From contig OZ246403.1 in the NCBI GenBank assembly GCA_965230925.1, positions 330,455 through 394,454 of the forward strand: a DNA stretch of 64,000 bases, read 5' to 3'. The position numbers were made by a program, and so were the translations under genes. Of the stretch, positions 28,649 through 38,356 are shown in pieces (the stretch's first letter is position 1; each line of letters begins with the position of its first letter). Under the pieces are notes generated by a model that searched no databases, had not been told where the DNA came from, and worked only from the letters and a program-made list of their open reading frames with translations. The stretch comes from an uncultured Candidatus Saccharibacteria bacterium. Its GTDB lineage: Bacteria; Patescibacteriota; Minisyncoccia; Phycocordibacterales; JACOZG01.

Positions 28649-30229
28649 CTACATTCTATCAAGAACGGGAATAGCAAGAAGAGCGAGACCAGTGGATAAC
28701 ACCCTGTCCACCGCCCGAGTAATAGTGAGTCGATAAGCTTCTTCAGCACTGCCAACAATTTGATTCTGGGCATAGAAGGCGTTGAAAGCGCTCGCCACCT
28801 CGGTGAGATAAGTTACGAGATGTTGCGGCGCAAGCTCTCGCGCGGCGCGAGAAACTACCTCAGGAAAGCGAATCAGTTTTCGTTCGAGATCGCCAATTTC
28901 CTCCACGGTAATATCCGCTTTTGTTTCAACATTACCTGCTTTTTCTAAAACCGAATGCGCCCGAGCGCGCGTGTATTGCAGATAGGGTCCGGAGTCACCC
29001 TCAAACGACAGGGATTTGTCGAAGTCGAAGATGATATCGCGACCGATTGCTTGTCGGAGAATGGAATATTTAATCGCCGCAATCGCCACTTTTTCCTGAA
29101 CTTCTGGATTATCTGATTTTTCTCTTAGCTTCTCTTTCGCTTCTTCAATCAATGCTTCAGCCGTAATCACCTTCCCCGTCCGCGATGACATCTTGCCAGT
29201 CGGTAAGCGCAACATGCCGTGACCAATGTGATGTGTTTTGGCCGCGAGGTCGGGGAAAATAAGTTCTAGTGCTTTGTGTAAGACACGGAAATAATCATTC
29301 ACTTCATTACCCGTGATAATTACTGACCGCTCGTACGGATAACGATCATATTTAATGTTAGCTAAACCTAATTCCTTCGCCTCGTACGTCGGCAAACCTT
29401 CAGAATTTAAGAAAACTCGGGTATGTAAACCGTATTGTTCGCCACGGAAAACTACTGCGCCATCACTCTTTTCAAAAACTTTACCGATACTTTCTTCCAC
29501 CAACTTTTTTCCAAACTCACCGGTCTCGCTCTCAAAAAAGTTAAAATCAAACTTCGTCCCGAGCTTGGCGTAAATTTTCTCAAACTCAGCGAGGGTTTCT
29601 TGCTTGCCTTGATCGTACAATTCATTAAGCGCCGCATCAGATCGCTCATAAACTTTCTTATTCAGAGCAATAATTTCTTGCTTCGCTGTCCCGCTTTCTT
29701 CATACGCCTTACTGCCGGCCACATAAGCTTTGCCCCAGTCATTTTCGCCCTGCTGCTTACCATAGAGCGCCTTCGCCACATGCAAACCCACATCGCCCTG
29801 ATAACAAGCGCGCTTCACTTCTGCGCCCACTGCTTCCGTTAACCCAGCGAGCGCTTCCCCAATCGTATTCGACATCAAGTGACCAATATGAAATTCTTTA
29901 AACGGATTCGGGTCTGTATACTCAAAAATTGTTTTCTGCTTCGCCGCGCTGGAGCTCTTCGCGATGGACGAAAGCGGGTTCTCGGTCAACCGCTTTACTT
30001 CAGCAGCAACAAATTCCGGTTTTAAAAAGAAGTTAATAAACCCCGGCCCAGCCACCGTGATTTTCTCAATAAACTCGGGTTTACTCTGCTCGAGTTCGGC
30101 CACAAGCTCGGCCGCCGGTCGGCCTGACTTCATCGCAAGATTCGTAGAATAATCACCATGCGCCGCGCTCTCCGGCACACTAAGTATCACCCCCTCCCCG
30201 AGCCAAGCCTTCAACTTTTCTTCAATCAC
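28649..30229 (-). CDS. argS: Arginine--tRNA ligase
   Basis: HGDYSTN, GPGFINF, PNPFKEFHIGH, KMSSRTG, GDSGPYLQY; GTG 30229 lies 7 nt after TGTTAGGAT. Confidence 0.95.
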   Translation of the reverse strand: MIEEKLKAWLGEGVILSVPESAAHGDYSTNLAMKSGRPAAELVAELEQSKPEFIEKITVAGPGFINFFLKPEFVAAEVKRLTENPLSSIAKSSSAAKQKTIFEYTDPNPFKEFHIGHLMSNTIGEALAGLTEAVGAEVKRACYQGDVGLHVAKALYGKQQGENDWGKAYVAGSKAYEESGTAKQEIIALNKKVYERSDAALNELYDQGKQETLAEFEKIYAKLGTKFDFNFFESETGEFGKKLVEESIGKVFEKSDGAVVFRGEQYGLHTRVFLNSEGLPTYEAKELGLANIKYDRYPYERSVIITGNEVNDYFRVLHKALELIFPDLAAKTHHIGHGMLRLPTGKMSSRTGKVITAEALIEEAKEKLREKSDNPEVQEKVAIAAIKYSILRQAIGRDIIFDFDKSLSFEGDSGPYLQYTRARAHSVLEKAGNVETKADITVEEIGDLERKLIRFPEVVSRAARELAPQHLVTYLTEVASAFNAFYAQNQIVGSAEEAYRLTITRAVDRVLSTGLALLAIPVLDRM

Positions 30230-30246
30230 GAGAATTATCCTAACAT

Positions 30247-30280
30247 AAAAACAGGGCCCGTCGCTTTCGCAACAGGCCCT
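30247..30280 (-). terminator. Intrinsic terminator
   Basis: AGGGCCTGTTGC-GAAA-GCGACGGGCCCT followed by GTTTTT. Confidence 0.8.
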
Positions 30281-30299
30281 CGCCATGGCAAGACCGAAA

Positions 30300-30638
30300 C
30301 TAAGCAATTGCTTTCATCTCGGCCTCACGAAAATCTTGGTAGCACACCTCTGCGGCAATGGGAATGGCTTTGATAAGCGATTCCTGTTCACTAGAAGTGA
30401 ACATTACCGACTCAAACTCAAGAGAAGCAAGCCACCTGTAGAATTCTGCTTCTTTCACCACCACCACGGAACCATCTCGACTGATTGTCTGAACTAAACC
30501 TGGACGATGGTCTTGTTCATAAATCTGTCGAATCCTTCTGGGACTGATGGGTCGTTCGAGAACCCGCCCAGAAATGTCTAACCAACCATTAGCCAAACGA
30601 CCAAGTGATCCGGTCAGAATCTTCGGTGATGATGACAT
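30300..30638 (-). CDS. Hypothetical protein
   Basis: 112-aa ORF with AAGGGG SD-like motif and its own terminator. Confidence 0.55.
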   Translation of the reverse strand: MSSSPKILTGSLGRLANGWLDISGRVLERPISPRRIRQIYEQDHRPGLVQTISRDGSVVVVKEAEFYRWLASLEFESVMFTSSEQESLIKAIPIAAEVCYQDFREAEMKAIA

Positions 30639-30743
30639 TGATACCCCTTTTACGGCGATACCTAGGTACTACCCCGAGCAAGGAATCCTTTCCTCTTACG
30701 CTCGACTGTCACCACAATAAACTATTAACAACAACCTGTCAAC

Positions 30744-31394
30744 TTACAAGTAATCAAAGAGTTTTAATTGCTCGTTCTTAAGCACGGAGTCAATCACGTT
30801 TTTCACATTCGTTTTCACTGTCTCGACTGGATCATGGCTTGAAATAATTACTTTAGAAAATTCTGGAGGCAAGTTGCGATAGGCATTGCGCACTCGGCGA
30901 TGGAAGTCCACATCTCGCTCGTCAAAGTGATTTTTTCCTTTCTTTCCCCTTTCATTGGTTCGTGCCACGGCAATATGCGGATTAACGTCAAGAATAATGT
31001 AAAGATCGGGCGCCGCAGAACCTAAACACACCTCTCGCATTTGCATAAATAGCGGCTCAAGAGAAAGTCTTTCTTGGCCATAAATTTGGAAGGCATAAGA
31101 AGAAGAGTCGAGGCGGTCAGAAATCACATGCTTTCCTGCTTCCAGCGCTGGACGAATTTTATGCTCAATATGATCAGCTCGCGCGGCCCAAAAGAGACCA
31201 AACTGAGTGAGGCCGGAGGCGTCCTTAGCGTCAGGACTAAGAATTATTTCGCGAATCTTCTCAGCAAAGGGCGAGCCGCCAGGCTCGCGGGTAAACAAAA
31301 AATTCTCGGTATACACCGAGCGCAAATATTCTATAATCGTCGTCTTACCACACCCATCAGCACCGTCAATAACGATAAATTTTCCGCGGCTCAT
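30744..31394 (-). CDS. tmk: Thymidylate kinase
   Basis: DGADGCGKTT, TREPGG, VISDR..SSYAFQ. Confidence 0.93.
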   Translation of the reverse strand: MSRGKFIVIDGADGCGKTTIIEYLRSVYTENFLFTREPGGSPFAEKIREIILSPDAKDASGLTQFGLFWAARADHIEHKIRPALEAGKHVISDRLDSSSYAFQIYGQERLSLEPLFMQMREVCLGSAAPDLYIILDVNPHIAVARTNERGKKGKNHFDERDVDFHRRVRNAYRNLPPEFSKVIISSHDPVETVKTNVKNVIDSVLKNEQLKLFDYL

Positions 31395-32563
31395 GACCGG
31401 AGAATTTTATCAATTTTCCGGGCGATTGCCACCATGTCCTTTTTCACCTTTCCACGTGTCGTTTCAGCCGGTGTACCAAGCCGAATTCCTGATGGATCCA
31501 CAGCACTGCGAGTATCAAACGGGATCATGTTTTTATTCACAATAATCCCGGCTTTCTCTAGCCGATTACTCGCCTCGGCACCGCCAACCCCTTTGCCTTC
31601 TAGCCAAGTGTCAACAAGAAGCAAATGCGAATCGGTTCCCCCACTCACCAAGCGCCAACCAAGTTTTTGTAGCTCATTCCCGAGCGCCTTTGCGTTCTTC
31701 ACAATCTGCTTGGCGTATTTTTTAAATTCTGGCCGCGCCGCTTCTGCAAGAGCAACAGCGACCCCGGCAATTTGATTCAAATGTGGACCCCCCTGCAAAC
31801 CTGGAAACACAGCTTTATCAATTTTTTTGTCTAATTCTCGTTTATCGTGCCGAGAAAAAATCAGCGCGCTTCTTGGTCCACGAAGAGTTTTGTGCGTGGT
31901 TGTCGTTACCACATCAGCGTACTTGAAAGGGCTCGGGTACACCCCACCAGCAACGAGTCCGGCAAAGTGCGACATATCAACCATCAGCAACGCGTCCACC
32001 GAATCAGCAATGTCTCGAAACTTTTCCCAATCAATAATTCTCGGATAAGCCGTGAAGCCAGCCACAATCACATCGGGCTTATTTTCTCGCGCAATCTTTT
32101 TCAATTCCTCATAATCAAGTGTCTCGGTCTCCTTACTCACCCCATACGGAATTTGTTGAAAAATCTTTCCCGTCATCGACACTTTGTGACCGTGTGTGAG
32201 ATGACCGCCATGATCGAGCGACATACCCATAATCTTGCCGTGCGGTGGCACCATCGCGTAATATACTGCCAAATTCGCCGGCGAACCCGAGAGCGCCTGC
32301 ACATTAACCGCCCATTCGTCAGAATTTAATTTAAAAAGTTTCAGTGCCCGTTTTTGACACAAACGTTCCACTTCATCCACCACCGCATTGCCACCATAAT
32401 AACGCTTGCCCGGATAACCTTCAGCATATTTATTATTCAGTTCCGAACCAAGTGCCGCCAAAACATCTTGAGAAATATAGTTTTCCGAGGGAATCAGATT
32501 AATCACCCGCTTCTGCCGCCCCTTCTCAGCCTTGATGAGTTGCTCGATTTGCTTATCTTTCAC
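31391..32563 (-). CDS. glyA: Serine hydroxymethyltransferase
   Basis: LIPSEN, NKYAEGYPGKRYYGG, GGHLTHG, TTTHKTLRGPR; GTG start after TGGTAATCT. Confidence 0.96.
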   Translation of the reverse strand: MKDKQIEQLIKAEKGRQKRVINLIPSENYISQDVLAALGSELNNKYAEGYPGKRYYGGNAVVDEVERLCQKRALKLFKLNSDEWAVNVQALSGSPANLAVYYAMVPPHGKIMGMSLDHGGHLTHGHKVSMTGKIFQQIPYGVSKETETLDYEELKKIARENKPDVIVAGFTAYPRIIDWEKFRDIADSVDALLMVDMSHFAGLVAGGVYPSPFKYADVVTTTTHKTLRGPRSALIFSRHDKRELDKKIDKAVFPGLQGGPHLNQIAGVAVALAEAARPEFKKYAKQIVKNAKALGNELQKLGWRLVSGGTDSHLLLVDTWLEGKGVGGAEASNRLEKAGIIVNKNMIPFDTRSAVDPSGIRLGTPAETTRGKVKKDMVAIARKIDKILRS

Positions 32564-32600
32564 GAGCCACAGATTACCAAGTTTCCGCGACAAAAGGAAA

Positions 32601-32629
32601 GGCCGGCGGTCCACGAAGGACAGCCGGCC
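32601..32629 (-). terminator. Intrinsic terminator
   Basis: GGCCGGCTGTCC...GGACCGCCGGCC followed by TTTCCTTTT. Confidence 0.7.
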
Positions 32630-32650
32630 CGGAATCTGAAAGCTTGACTT

Positions 32651-33427
32651 TTATCGAGTTTCCACATCAAGCGTTAATGGACTATACGGACGGCGAGTAT
32701 ACTGTTGTTCTCGGAAAAAGCCACAGTCACACAAGAACTTACTGCACCGCTCGCAATCACCGCCGTAAATCTCGAGCAACGCCTCGCCCAGATTAATACC
32801 GAGCACATTTGCGACACTGAAGGTCCAAGCAAGCACGTCAGACAATTCAAGGGCACACTGCTTTCGTCTTTCTCCGACAGTGATACTGCTATCAGCCATA
32901 GCCGCCCGAATGATCTTGGCCGCTTCCCCAACTTCGGAACTCAGGCGCAAGAGACAAAACTGGATCCCCTGCTGCCGGTTGCTTTCACCGAACATGCGAT
33001 CGAGAAGTTCTTGCCACTGCAAAATCGTCTGACTACCAAATGGGTAAGAACTTGTGTCTTGCCAATCCGTAAGGTAAGCGGGTGATTCAGAAGAACTCCT
33101 CTGAAGTTTACAAGTGCACACCCTTTGACCGCAACCGAAACAGTGATTAGCTCCCCACTTCCTCCACAAAGCATATTCGAGTGGTAAATCGCCTTGATAC
33201 TCTACAAAAGCGACTGTCCAACCGAATACGTTTGCCAACGCCATTTCTGGAGTTCTCTCACCTCTCTGTCTGACCACTGACTCAAAAAGTTGATTCGCCG
33301 TTGCATCAATAAGATGCAGGCAAAGATCAGACACTGAAGGAATACAAAACCGATTAGCGATCCCGTATTTAAGACGAAATCGCTCTATCCAACCAGAGAG
33401 AGTTATGTCCGACGCTATTGTTGTCAC
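32651..33427 (-). CDS. Tandem MazG-like NTP pyrophosphohydrolase with CxxC...CxC motifs
   Basis: C-half has LSSEVGEAA...ELSDVLAW; N-half is a degenerate copy (EMALANVFGW); each half ends in CxxC-x4-CxC; GAGGAG SD. Confidence 0.7.
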   Translation of the reverse strand: MTTIASDITLSGWIERFRLKYGIANRFCIPSVSDLCLHLIDATANQLFESVVRQRGERTPEMALANVFGWTVAFVEYQGDLPLEYALWRKWGANHCFGCGQRVCTCKLQRSSSESPAYLTDWQDTSSYPFGSQTILQWQELLDRMFGESNRQQGIQFCLLRLSSEVGEAAKIIRAAMADSSITVGERRKQCALELSDVLAWTFSVANVLGINLGEALLEIYGGDCERCSKFLCDCGFFREQQYTRRPYSPLTLDVETR

Positions 33428-33504
33428 GCTTTATCTCCTCAAAGAACAATCTGTTCGTTTTGTCCAATTACACCAGCTTCCACCCTAACGCCGGGGCGGG
33501 TATA

Positions 33505-34806
33505 ATGCAAGCCGAAATGAAAATCATTGTTGTGGATGATGTGGCGCCGGAGGCGAATGCGATGTTGCAGGCGCTGTATTCCCGGAGTCCAAAAAGTGTG
33601 GTCGAGCACCTCGAGCAGGTGAAGAAAGTGGGCGCCGAGAAATTCATGGCCTCGTATTATGTGGGCTATGGCCACAAGTCGATTGGCGACTGCGGTACAA
33701 CAAGTCTGTTTATCGAAAATGTGAGCATGCTCGCGGCCAAAGCCGTGCAAGATTGGCCACTTTATAGCGGCCAAGAAGCGAGCACCCGCTACCTCGACAT
33801 GGCCGCGCAAGTGGTACTTGATCCGCTGGGTACACCGGAATCAAAGGCGATTCAAGATGAATGGATGAAATTTTATGCTCACGCTCTAGAAACTCTCGCA
33901 CCCGCATTGCAGGTGCGCTTCCCTCGCGCCGATGATCAAGATGAGAGGGTGTATCTGAAGGCGATCAAAGCGCGCGCCTTCGACATTGCCCGTGGCTTCT
34001 TACCCGCTGGCGTGACCACCTATGTGAGCTGGCACACCAATCTCCGCCAAGCGAGCGATCATCTCAAAGAACTCCGTCATCACCCTCTCCCCGAGATCCG
34101 CGAAGTGGCCAAAGAAATTGCCGGGGCCCTGCGAACTAAATACGCTTCGAGCTTTCTCCATAAAGAATATGAAACGGAAGAAAATTATCTAGAACAAAGT
34201 TTGAAGGAATTTGCCTACTTCAACGATCCAAGTATCAAAAACTTTTCTTACCAAGTGCGACTCGACTTAGAAGGCTTGAAGAAACACCAAAAGCTTTTAG
34301 AAACTCGCCCAGCCAAGACCGAACTTCACTCGCGCTTCCGCGAGTTTGGCGATATTCTCTTCCGCTTCCCGCTCGACTTTGGCTCCTATCGCGATCTCCA
34401 ACGACAGCGCAGCGCCGTGCAAGAGATGCCGCTACTCACCACCGCGCACGGCTTTCACTCTTGGTACTTAGAGCAACTCCCGGCTGATTTAAAAACTGAG
34501 GCTTTAGCGGTATTAAAAAATCAAGAAGCCAAACTAGAGAAACTCAAAACTTCGCCAGAAATTAAACAGTACTATACCGCGATGGGTTACCTCGTGACCG
34601 TGCAAATGAGTTGCCCTCTACCTTCTGCCGTTTATATCGCCGAGCTCCGTAGCGCCGACACCGTTCATCCTACGCTCCGCATTGAAGCACAACGCATGGG
34701 TGATGCAATCAAAGCAAGCGTCCCCGGCATTACGATGCATCATGACACCACCCCAGGCTCTTGGAATATTAAGCGCGGCGCCCAAGATATTGTGAAAGTG
34801 AATTAA
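33505..34806 (+). CDS. thyX: Flavin-dependent thymidylate synthase, tandem-domain type
   Basis: YGHKSIGD, QEASTRY, FDIARGFLP, TNLR, DFGSYRDLQRQR; start is 33505 or 33517. Confidence 0.85.
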   Translation: MQAEMKIIVVDDVAPEANAMLQALYSRSPKSVVEHLEQVKKVGAEKFMASYYVGYGHKSIGDCGTTSLFIENVSMLAAKAVQDWPLYSGQEASTRYLDMAAQVVLDPLGTPESKAIQDEWMKFYAHALETLAPALQVRFPRADDQDERVYLKAIKARAFDIARGFLPAGVTTYVSWHTNLRQASDHLKELRHHPLPEIREVAKEIAGALRTKYASSFLHKEYETEENYLEQSLKEFAYFNDPSIKNFSYQVRLDLEGLKKHQKLLETRPAKTELHSRFREFGDILFRFPLDFGSYRDLQRQRSAVQEMPLLTTAHGFHSWYLEQLPADLKTEALAVLKNQEAKLEKLKTSPEIKQYYTAMGYLVTVQMSCPLPSAVYIAELRSADTVHPTLRIEAQRMGDAIKASVPGITMHHDTTPGSWNIKRGAQDIVKVN

Positions 34807-34807
34807 A

Positions 34808-35230
34808 TTATTTCCCCGTACTCCCAAAAGCCCTCTCGCCGCGCACTGAGTCACTCAAGTCTTTCACTTCTTCAAATTCCACTTCCTCAACTTTCTGAAT
34901 CAAAAGCTGAGCCACCTTATGTCCTTTTTCAAAGTTAAAAACTTTTTCAGAAAAATTCATTAAACTCACCTGCATTTCGCCGCGGAAGTTTGAGTCAACA
35001 ACTCCGCCAAAAGTTTTGAGTCCGTGCTTGTGCGAGAGTCCGCCTTTATCCCAAATAAGGCCAACATAACCACGCGGGATTTCAATAGCGAAGCCGAGCG
35101 GAATTGATTTCTGTTCGCCGGTTTCAATGGCGCACGCATCCGGCGTATACAGATCAACCCCAGCATCGCCAGCGAGGGCATGCTTTGGCACAATGGCGTC
35201 GGCGCGCAACTTTTTGTAACTTATTTTCAT
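34808..35230 (-). CDS. dut: dUTP diphosphatase
   Basis: GDAGVDL, GVVDSNFRGE, VAQL, RGERAFGSTG. Confidence 0.95.
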   Translation of the reverse strand: MKISYKKLRADAIVPKHALAGDAGVDLYTPDACAIETGEQKSIPLGFAIEIPRGYVGLIWDKGGLSHKHGLKTFGGVVDSNFRGEMQVSLMNFSEKVFNFEKGHKVAQLLIQKVEEVEFEEVKDLSDSVRGERAFGSTGK

Positions 35231-36342
35231 GCTTTGAATTTAAATTGTTTGGCCAAACGCGGCCCTGATTGCACCGTGTAATTAGAATCAAGATTGTCAT
35301 ACACCATACTTGGTGTCCCAGCCATTCGATCAAAACGAATTTTAGCAATTGGCTGATGGTGACGAACTATTAAGTCTTCAAACGGTCTCATCTCAAGCGT
35401 AAATGGCCGGCCCTTCGTCTCACCTCTCGCCCCCCAACCCCAACCTGGGTCAATGAAACCAGCGTAGTGAGAACGGAAATCGCCGCTCCGTTCATCCATC
35501 GGCACCATTTCACAAGCGAGATCCGGCGGTACCCGCACCGCCTCGGCGGTAGAGAGAATATAGAAGGCCCCGCGTTTCAAATACAAATAATCGCCTTTTT
35601 TCTTAATGGGTTTGAAAAATTTCGAAGAGTTATAATGCTTCACCTTCGCCAAGTCTACTGGCTCGTGATTACTCACACCTTCATAACCAAGCAGGTTTCC
35701 AACCACATTCAAGGTTAAAATAATCGATGAATCATTGTCTCGAATTTTGATATCACTAAAAGTATAGGGCGAGCTACCATCGGCGCGCCAAAGCAATTTA
35801 TAGCGCTTCATCGCGAGTTCAAGCTCCAAGTCACTTAGGCGAGTGTCGAGGTTAAAGAAACGCAATTGGTTTAAGCAAACCCCGGGATAAAGTTTGACCG
35901 GAAAAGTCTTTGGCATGAGAGAAACCCAGAGTTCCCCTTTCCCACCCGCGTGCACCGAGTCGTAGCGCGACACCCCATCGGCCAAGAGACGCACATGAAC
36001 ATCAAGGCGCCCGCTGGTTGACTTGGGATTACAGAAACCATACACCGACCCGGGTAAATCTAAAGATTCATTGAGACGGACCAAGTACATCTGGTCTTTC
36101 TTAAGAACCCGATCAAGACTATATGGCTTAGTTTTGAGCTTAGAAATAACGCTTCGAACATTCTCCCCATGTTTGGGTAAAAAAATACCCTCAATCTCAT
36201 AAATTTCTTCTGAGACCGAGAGATCGAGCGAAGCCGGGCGAATATTCTCTTCCTTGGCGCCCATCACACAACCAGACTGCACTAACTCAGTAATAACTTG
36301 AGTAGGCAAAGCGCCGCGTTTGTAATTGAGGTCAGCAGTCAT
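35227..36342 (-). CDS. dcd: dCTP deaminase (long two-domain type)
   Basis: PASLDL, NPKSTSGRLD, FRSHYAGFIDPGWG. Confidence 0.88.
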   Translation of the reverse strand: MTADLNYKRGALPTQVITELVQSGCVMGAKEENIRPASLDLSVSEEIYEIEGIFLPKHGENVRSVISKLKTKPYSLDRVLKKDQMYLVRLNESLDLPGSVYGFCNPKSTSGRLDVHVRLLADGVSRYDSVHAGGKGELWVSLMPKTFPVKLYPGVCLNQLRFFNLDTRLSDLELELAMKRYKLLWRADGSSPYTFSDIKIRDNDSSIILTLNVVGNLLGYEGVSNHEPVDLAKVKHYNSSKFFKPIKKKGDYLYLKRGAFYILSTAEAVRVPPDLACEMVPMDERSGDFRSHYAGFIDPGWGWGARGETKGRPFTLEMRPFEDLIVRHHQPIAKIRFDRMAGTPSMVYDNLDSNYTVQSGPRLAKQFKFKA

Positions 36343-36396
36343 TTACCTCATTATACAGAATCACAATTTTCGTAAAGTCTTGACTTAAAGATGATG

Positions 36397-36424
36397 AGAG
36401 CCCAGCGACTTGTCGCTGGGCTCT
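36397..36424. terminator. Hairpin/terminator downstream of orphan gene
   Basis: AGAGCCCAGCGAC-TT-GTCGCTGGGCTCT inverted repeat. Confidence 0.65.
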
Positions 36425-36467
36425 AAAATGTAATTATTACAAACCTGTTGGGTGGAACTGTGGTGGC

Positions 36468-36989
36468 CTACGCAGCCGCTACAGCTCTTGTTCTTCGTCC
36501 CTTCTGCGGCGACGGTGCGGCAGGAACAGGTAGCTGCAAACTCATTGCCCTAGCAAGTTCAGCAAGCTCGTTGCCGGCCGACCCCCAAGTCATCGCGGTG
36601 AACTTTGAGGGCAAGCGGTCGATCACTTCTGCGGGCGGTGAAATCGAATCGTGCACCCACATCAGTAACACAGGAAAATTGCGTCCCCGCGTTTGCTCTG
36701 CCAACCACGTCAAGTAAGCCTTAGCGTCGGCTGGGTCTGGTGGTAAATAGCCTATCACTGCCCCGACCTCATCTAGGCGCGAAGCGAACATCTCAGTTCT
36801 GATGTCCGACACACGAACGGTCGGAAAAAAGACCTGTTCCGAGCCTTCCAGCCTCGCCTTGAGAGTTGAGGCAACATTTATCGCTTTTGCCCTCACTTCC
36901 CTGTCCAATCCGTCACCATCCTTGAGAGTGCCTCCCTTGATTTCCTGCGTACTCAAGGGACCAATCTGCATGACCTTGACCATGGTCAT
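36468..36989 (-). CDS. Hypothetical protein
   Basis: GGAGG SD before ATG 36989 (MTMVKV); alpha/beta-like sequence. Confidence 0.6.
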   Translation of the reverse strand: MTMVKVMQIGPLSTQEIKGGTLKDGDGLDREVRAKAINVASTLKARLEGSEQVFFPTVRVSDIRTEMFASRLDEVGAVIGYLPPDPADAKAYLTWLAEQTRGRNFPVLLMWVHDSISPPAEVIDRLPSKFTAMTWGSAGNELAELARAMSLQLPVPAAPSPQKGRRTRAVAAA

Positions 36990-37090
36990 AACCTCCGTGT
37001 TTCCTAAAAAGTGTGGATGCGTAGTGGCTCCCGAGACCGAGCGGTCCCAACAAATGTAAAGAGCCATTCCGAGCTTAGATAGTACCAGGC

Positions 37091-37516
37091 TTAGCCAGTA
37101 ACTTCAATACCCATTGAACGAGCGGTACCAGCAATAATTTTCACCGCTGATTCGAGTTTAGTTGCATTCAAATCTGGGAGTTTACGCTCCGCAATTTCCT
37201 TCACTTGCGCTTTAGTGACTTTACCTACTTTCTGGGTCGCGTTTTTCCCCGAACCTTTCTCAACTTTAGCGGCTTTTAAGAGAAGACTTGAAGCCGGAGG
37301 TGTTTTGAGAACGAAATCCCAAGAACGATCGCCATAAACCGAAATTTCTACTGGCACAATGTCGCCCACCATATCTTTGGTGGCATCATTGAACTTCTTT
37401 ACGAAGTCACCAATATTGATCCCCGCTTGACCAAGAGCCGGACCGAGTTGTTGACCCGGCACGGCTTTACCGCCAGGAACTTGGAGTTTTAGCTTCTTTT
37501 CTACCTTTTTTGCCAT
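37091..37516 (-). CDS. rplK: 50S ribosomal protein L11
   Basis: [26 protein letters not shown]. Confidence 0.97.
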   Translation of the reverse strand: MAKKVEKKLKLQVPGGKAVPGQQLGPALGQAGINIGDFVKKFNDATKDMVGDIVPVEISVYGDRSWDFVLKTPPASSLLLKAAKVEKGSGKNATQKVGKVTKAQVKEIAERKLPDLNATKLESAVKIIAGTARSMGIEVTG

Positions 37517-37534
37517 AATATGATGCTAGCTTAC

Positions 37535-38080
37535 TTAGATTTTCTTAACTTGCAAGAAGTCGAGTTCAACAGGAGTCTCACGACCGAACATCGAGACGAA
37601 GACCTTGACCTTCCCCCGCTCGGTATCCACCTCACTCACCCGACCCTCAAATTCTTTGAACGGACCGTCAGTAATCTGAATCGCTTCGCCGGTGACGAGA
37701 TCAATCTTATGCTTCACCGTATCGCCGCCCATCGCCTTAAAGAGCGCCTCCACTTCCGACTTATCTAGCGGCACCGGTGTGGTTCCCGAGCCCACGAAAC
37801 CCGTGACTCTGGGTGTATTGCGCACCACATACCAAGAGCTATCGTCCACAATCATATCTACCAGCACATAACCCTGGTAAATTTTCTCCTCCACGGTCAC
37901 CCTTTTTCCACCCTTAATCTTGACCTTCTTCTCTACCGGCACGAGAACATTAAATATCTTGCCTTCCATCCCAAGCGACTCGATGCGCTGTTTAAGATTC
38001 CGCGCTACGGTGTTCTCGTAGCCAGAATAGGTGTGAACTGCGTACCAATTACGTTCTTGGGGTAATTCTTGCCGAGCCAT
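37535..38080 (-). CDS. nusG: Transcription elongation factor NusG
   Basis: WYAVHTYSGYE, VRNTPRVTGFVG, FGRETPVELDF. Confidence 0.97.
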   Translation of the reverse strand: MARQELPQERNWYAVHTYSGYENTVARNLKQRIESLGMEGKIFNVLVPVEKKVKIKGGKRVTVEEKIYQGYVLVDMIVDDSSWYVVRNTPRVTGFVGSGTTPVPLDKSEVEALFKAMGGDTVKHKIDLVTGEAIQITDGPFKEFEGRVSEVDTERGKVKVFVSMFGRETPVELDFLQVKKI

Positions 38081-38087
38081 AAATAGT

Positions 38088-38264
38088 TTAAACTACCAAT
38101 TTTAAGAGTGAGCTAAAAGCAAGGTCAGACACGCTCAAGACCACCGTCACAAGAAGGGAAATCCCAATCACAATGAGGGTATAATTAACCGTCTGACTCC
38201 GGGTCGGCCAGTTAACCTGCTTTAATTCACCTTTAGTTTCTTTTAAATAATTTGTTAGTCCCAT
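38088..38264 (-). CDS. secE: Preprotein translocase subunit SecE (58 aa, not in ORF track)
   Basis: Translated by hand: MGLTNYLKETKGELKQVNWPTRSQTVNYTLIVIGISLLV...; directly upstream of nusG. Confidence 0.93.
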   Translation of the reverse strand: MGLTNYLKETKGELKQVNWPTRSQTVNYTLIVIGISLLVTVVLSVSDLAFSSLLKLVV

Positions 38265-38302
38265 GTCATTAAAAACAACTCCGGGCAGGAAGTTGTGCCA
38301 CC

Positions 38303-38331
38303 AGCTTACTCTCCTTTTTACCCATTGTCAA
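38303..38331 (-). promoter_or_regulatory. Sigma70 promoter for secE-nusG-rplK
   Basis: TTGACA-17 nt-TAAGCT. Confidence 0.7.
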
Positions 38332-38356
38332 ACCAGCGTCAAGCGCGGCGAGGCCA

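Noticed and set aside
31074-31775. Long antisense ORFs (233 aa here, 268 aa at 55805-56611)
   Set aside because: Fully overlap well-supported genes on the opposite strand and show no recognisable motifs
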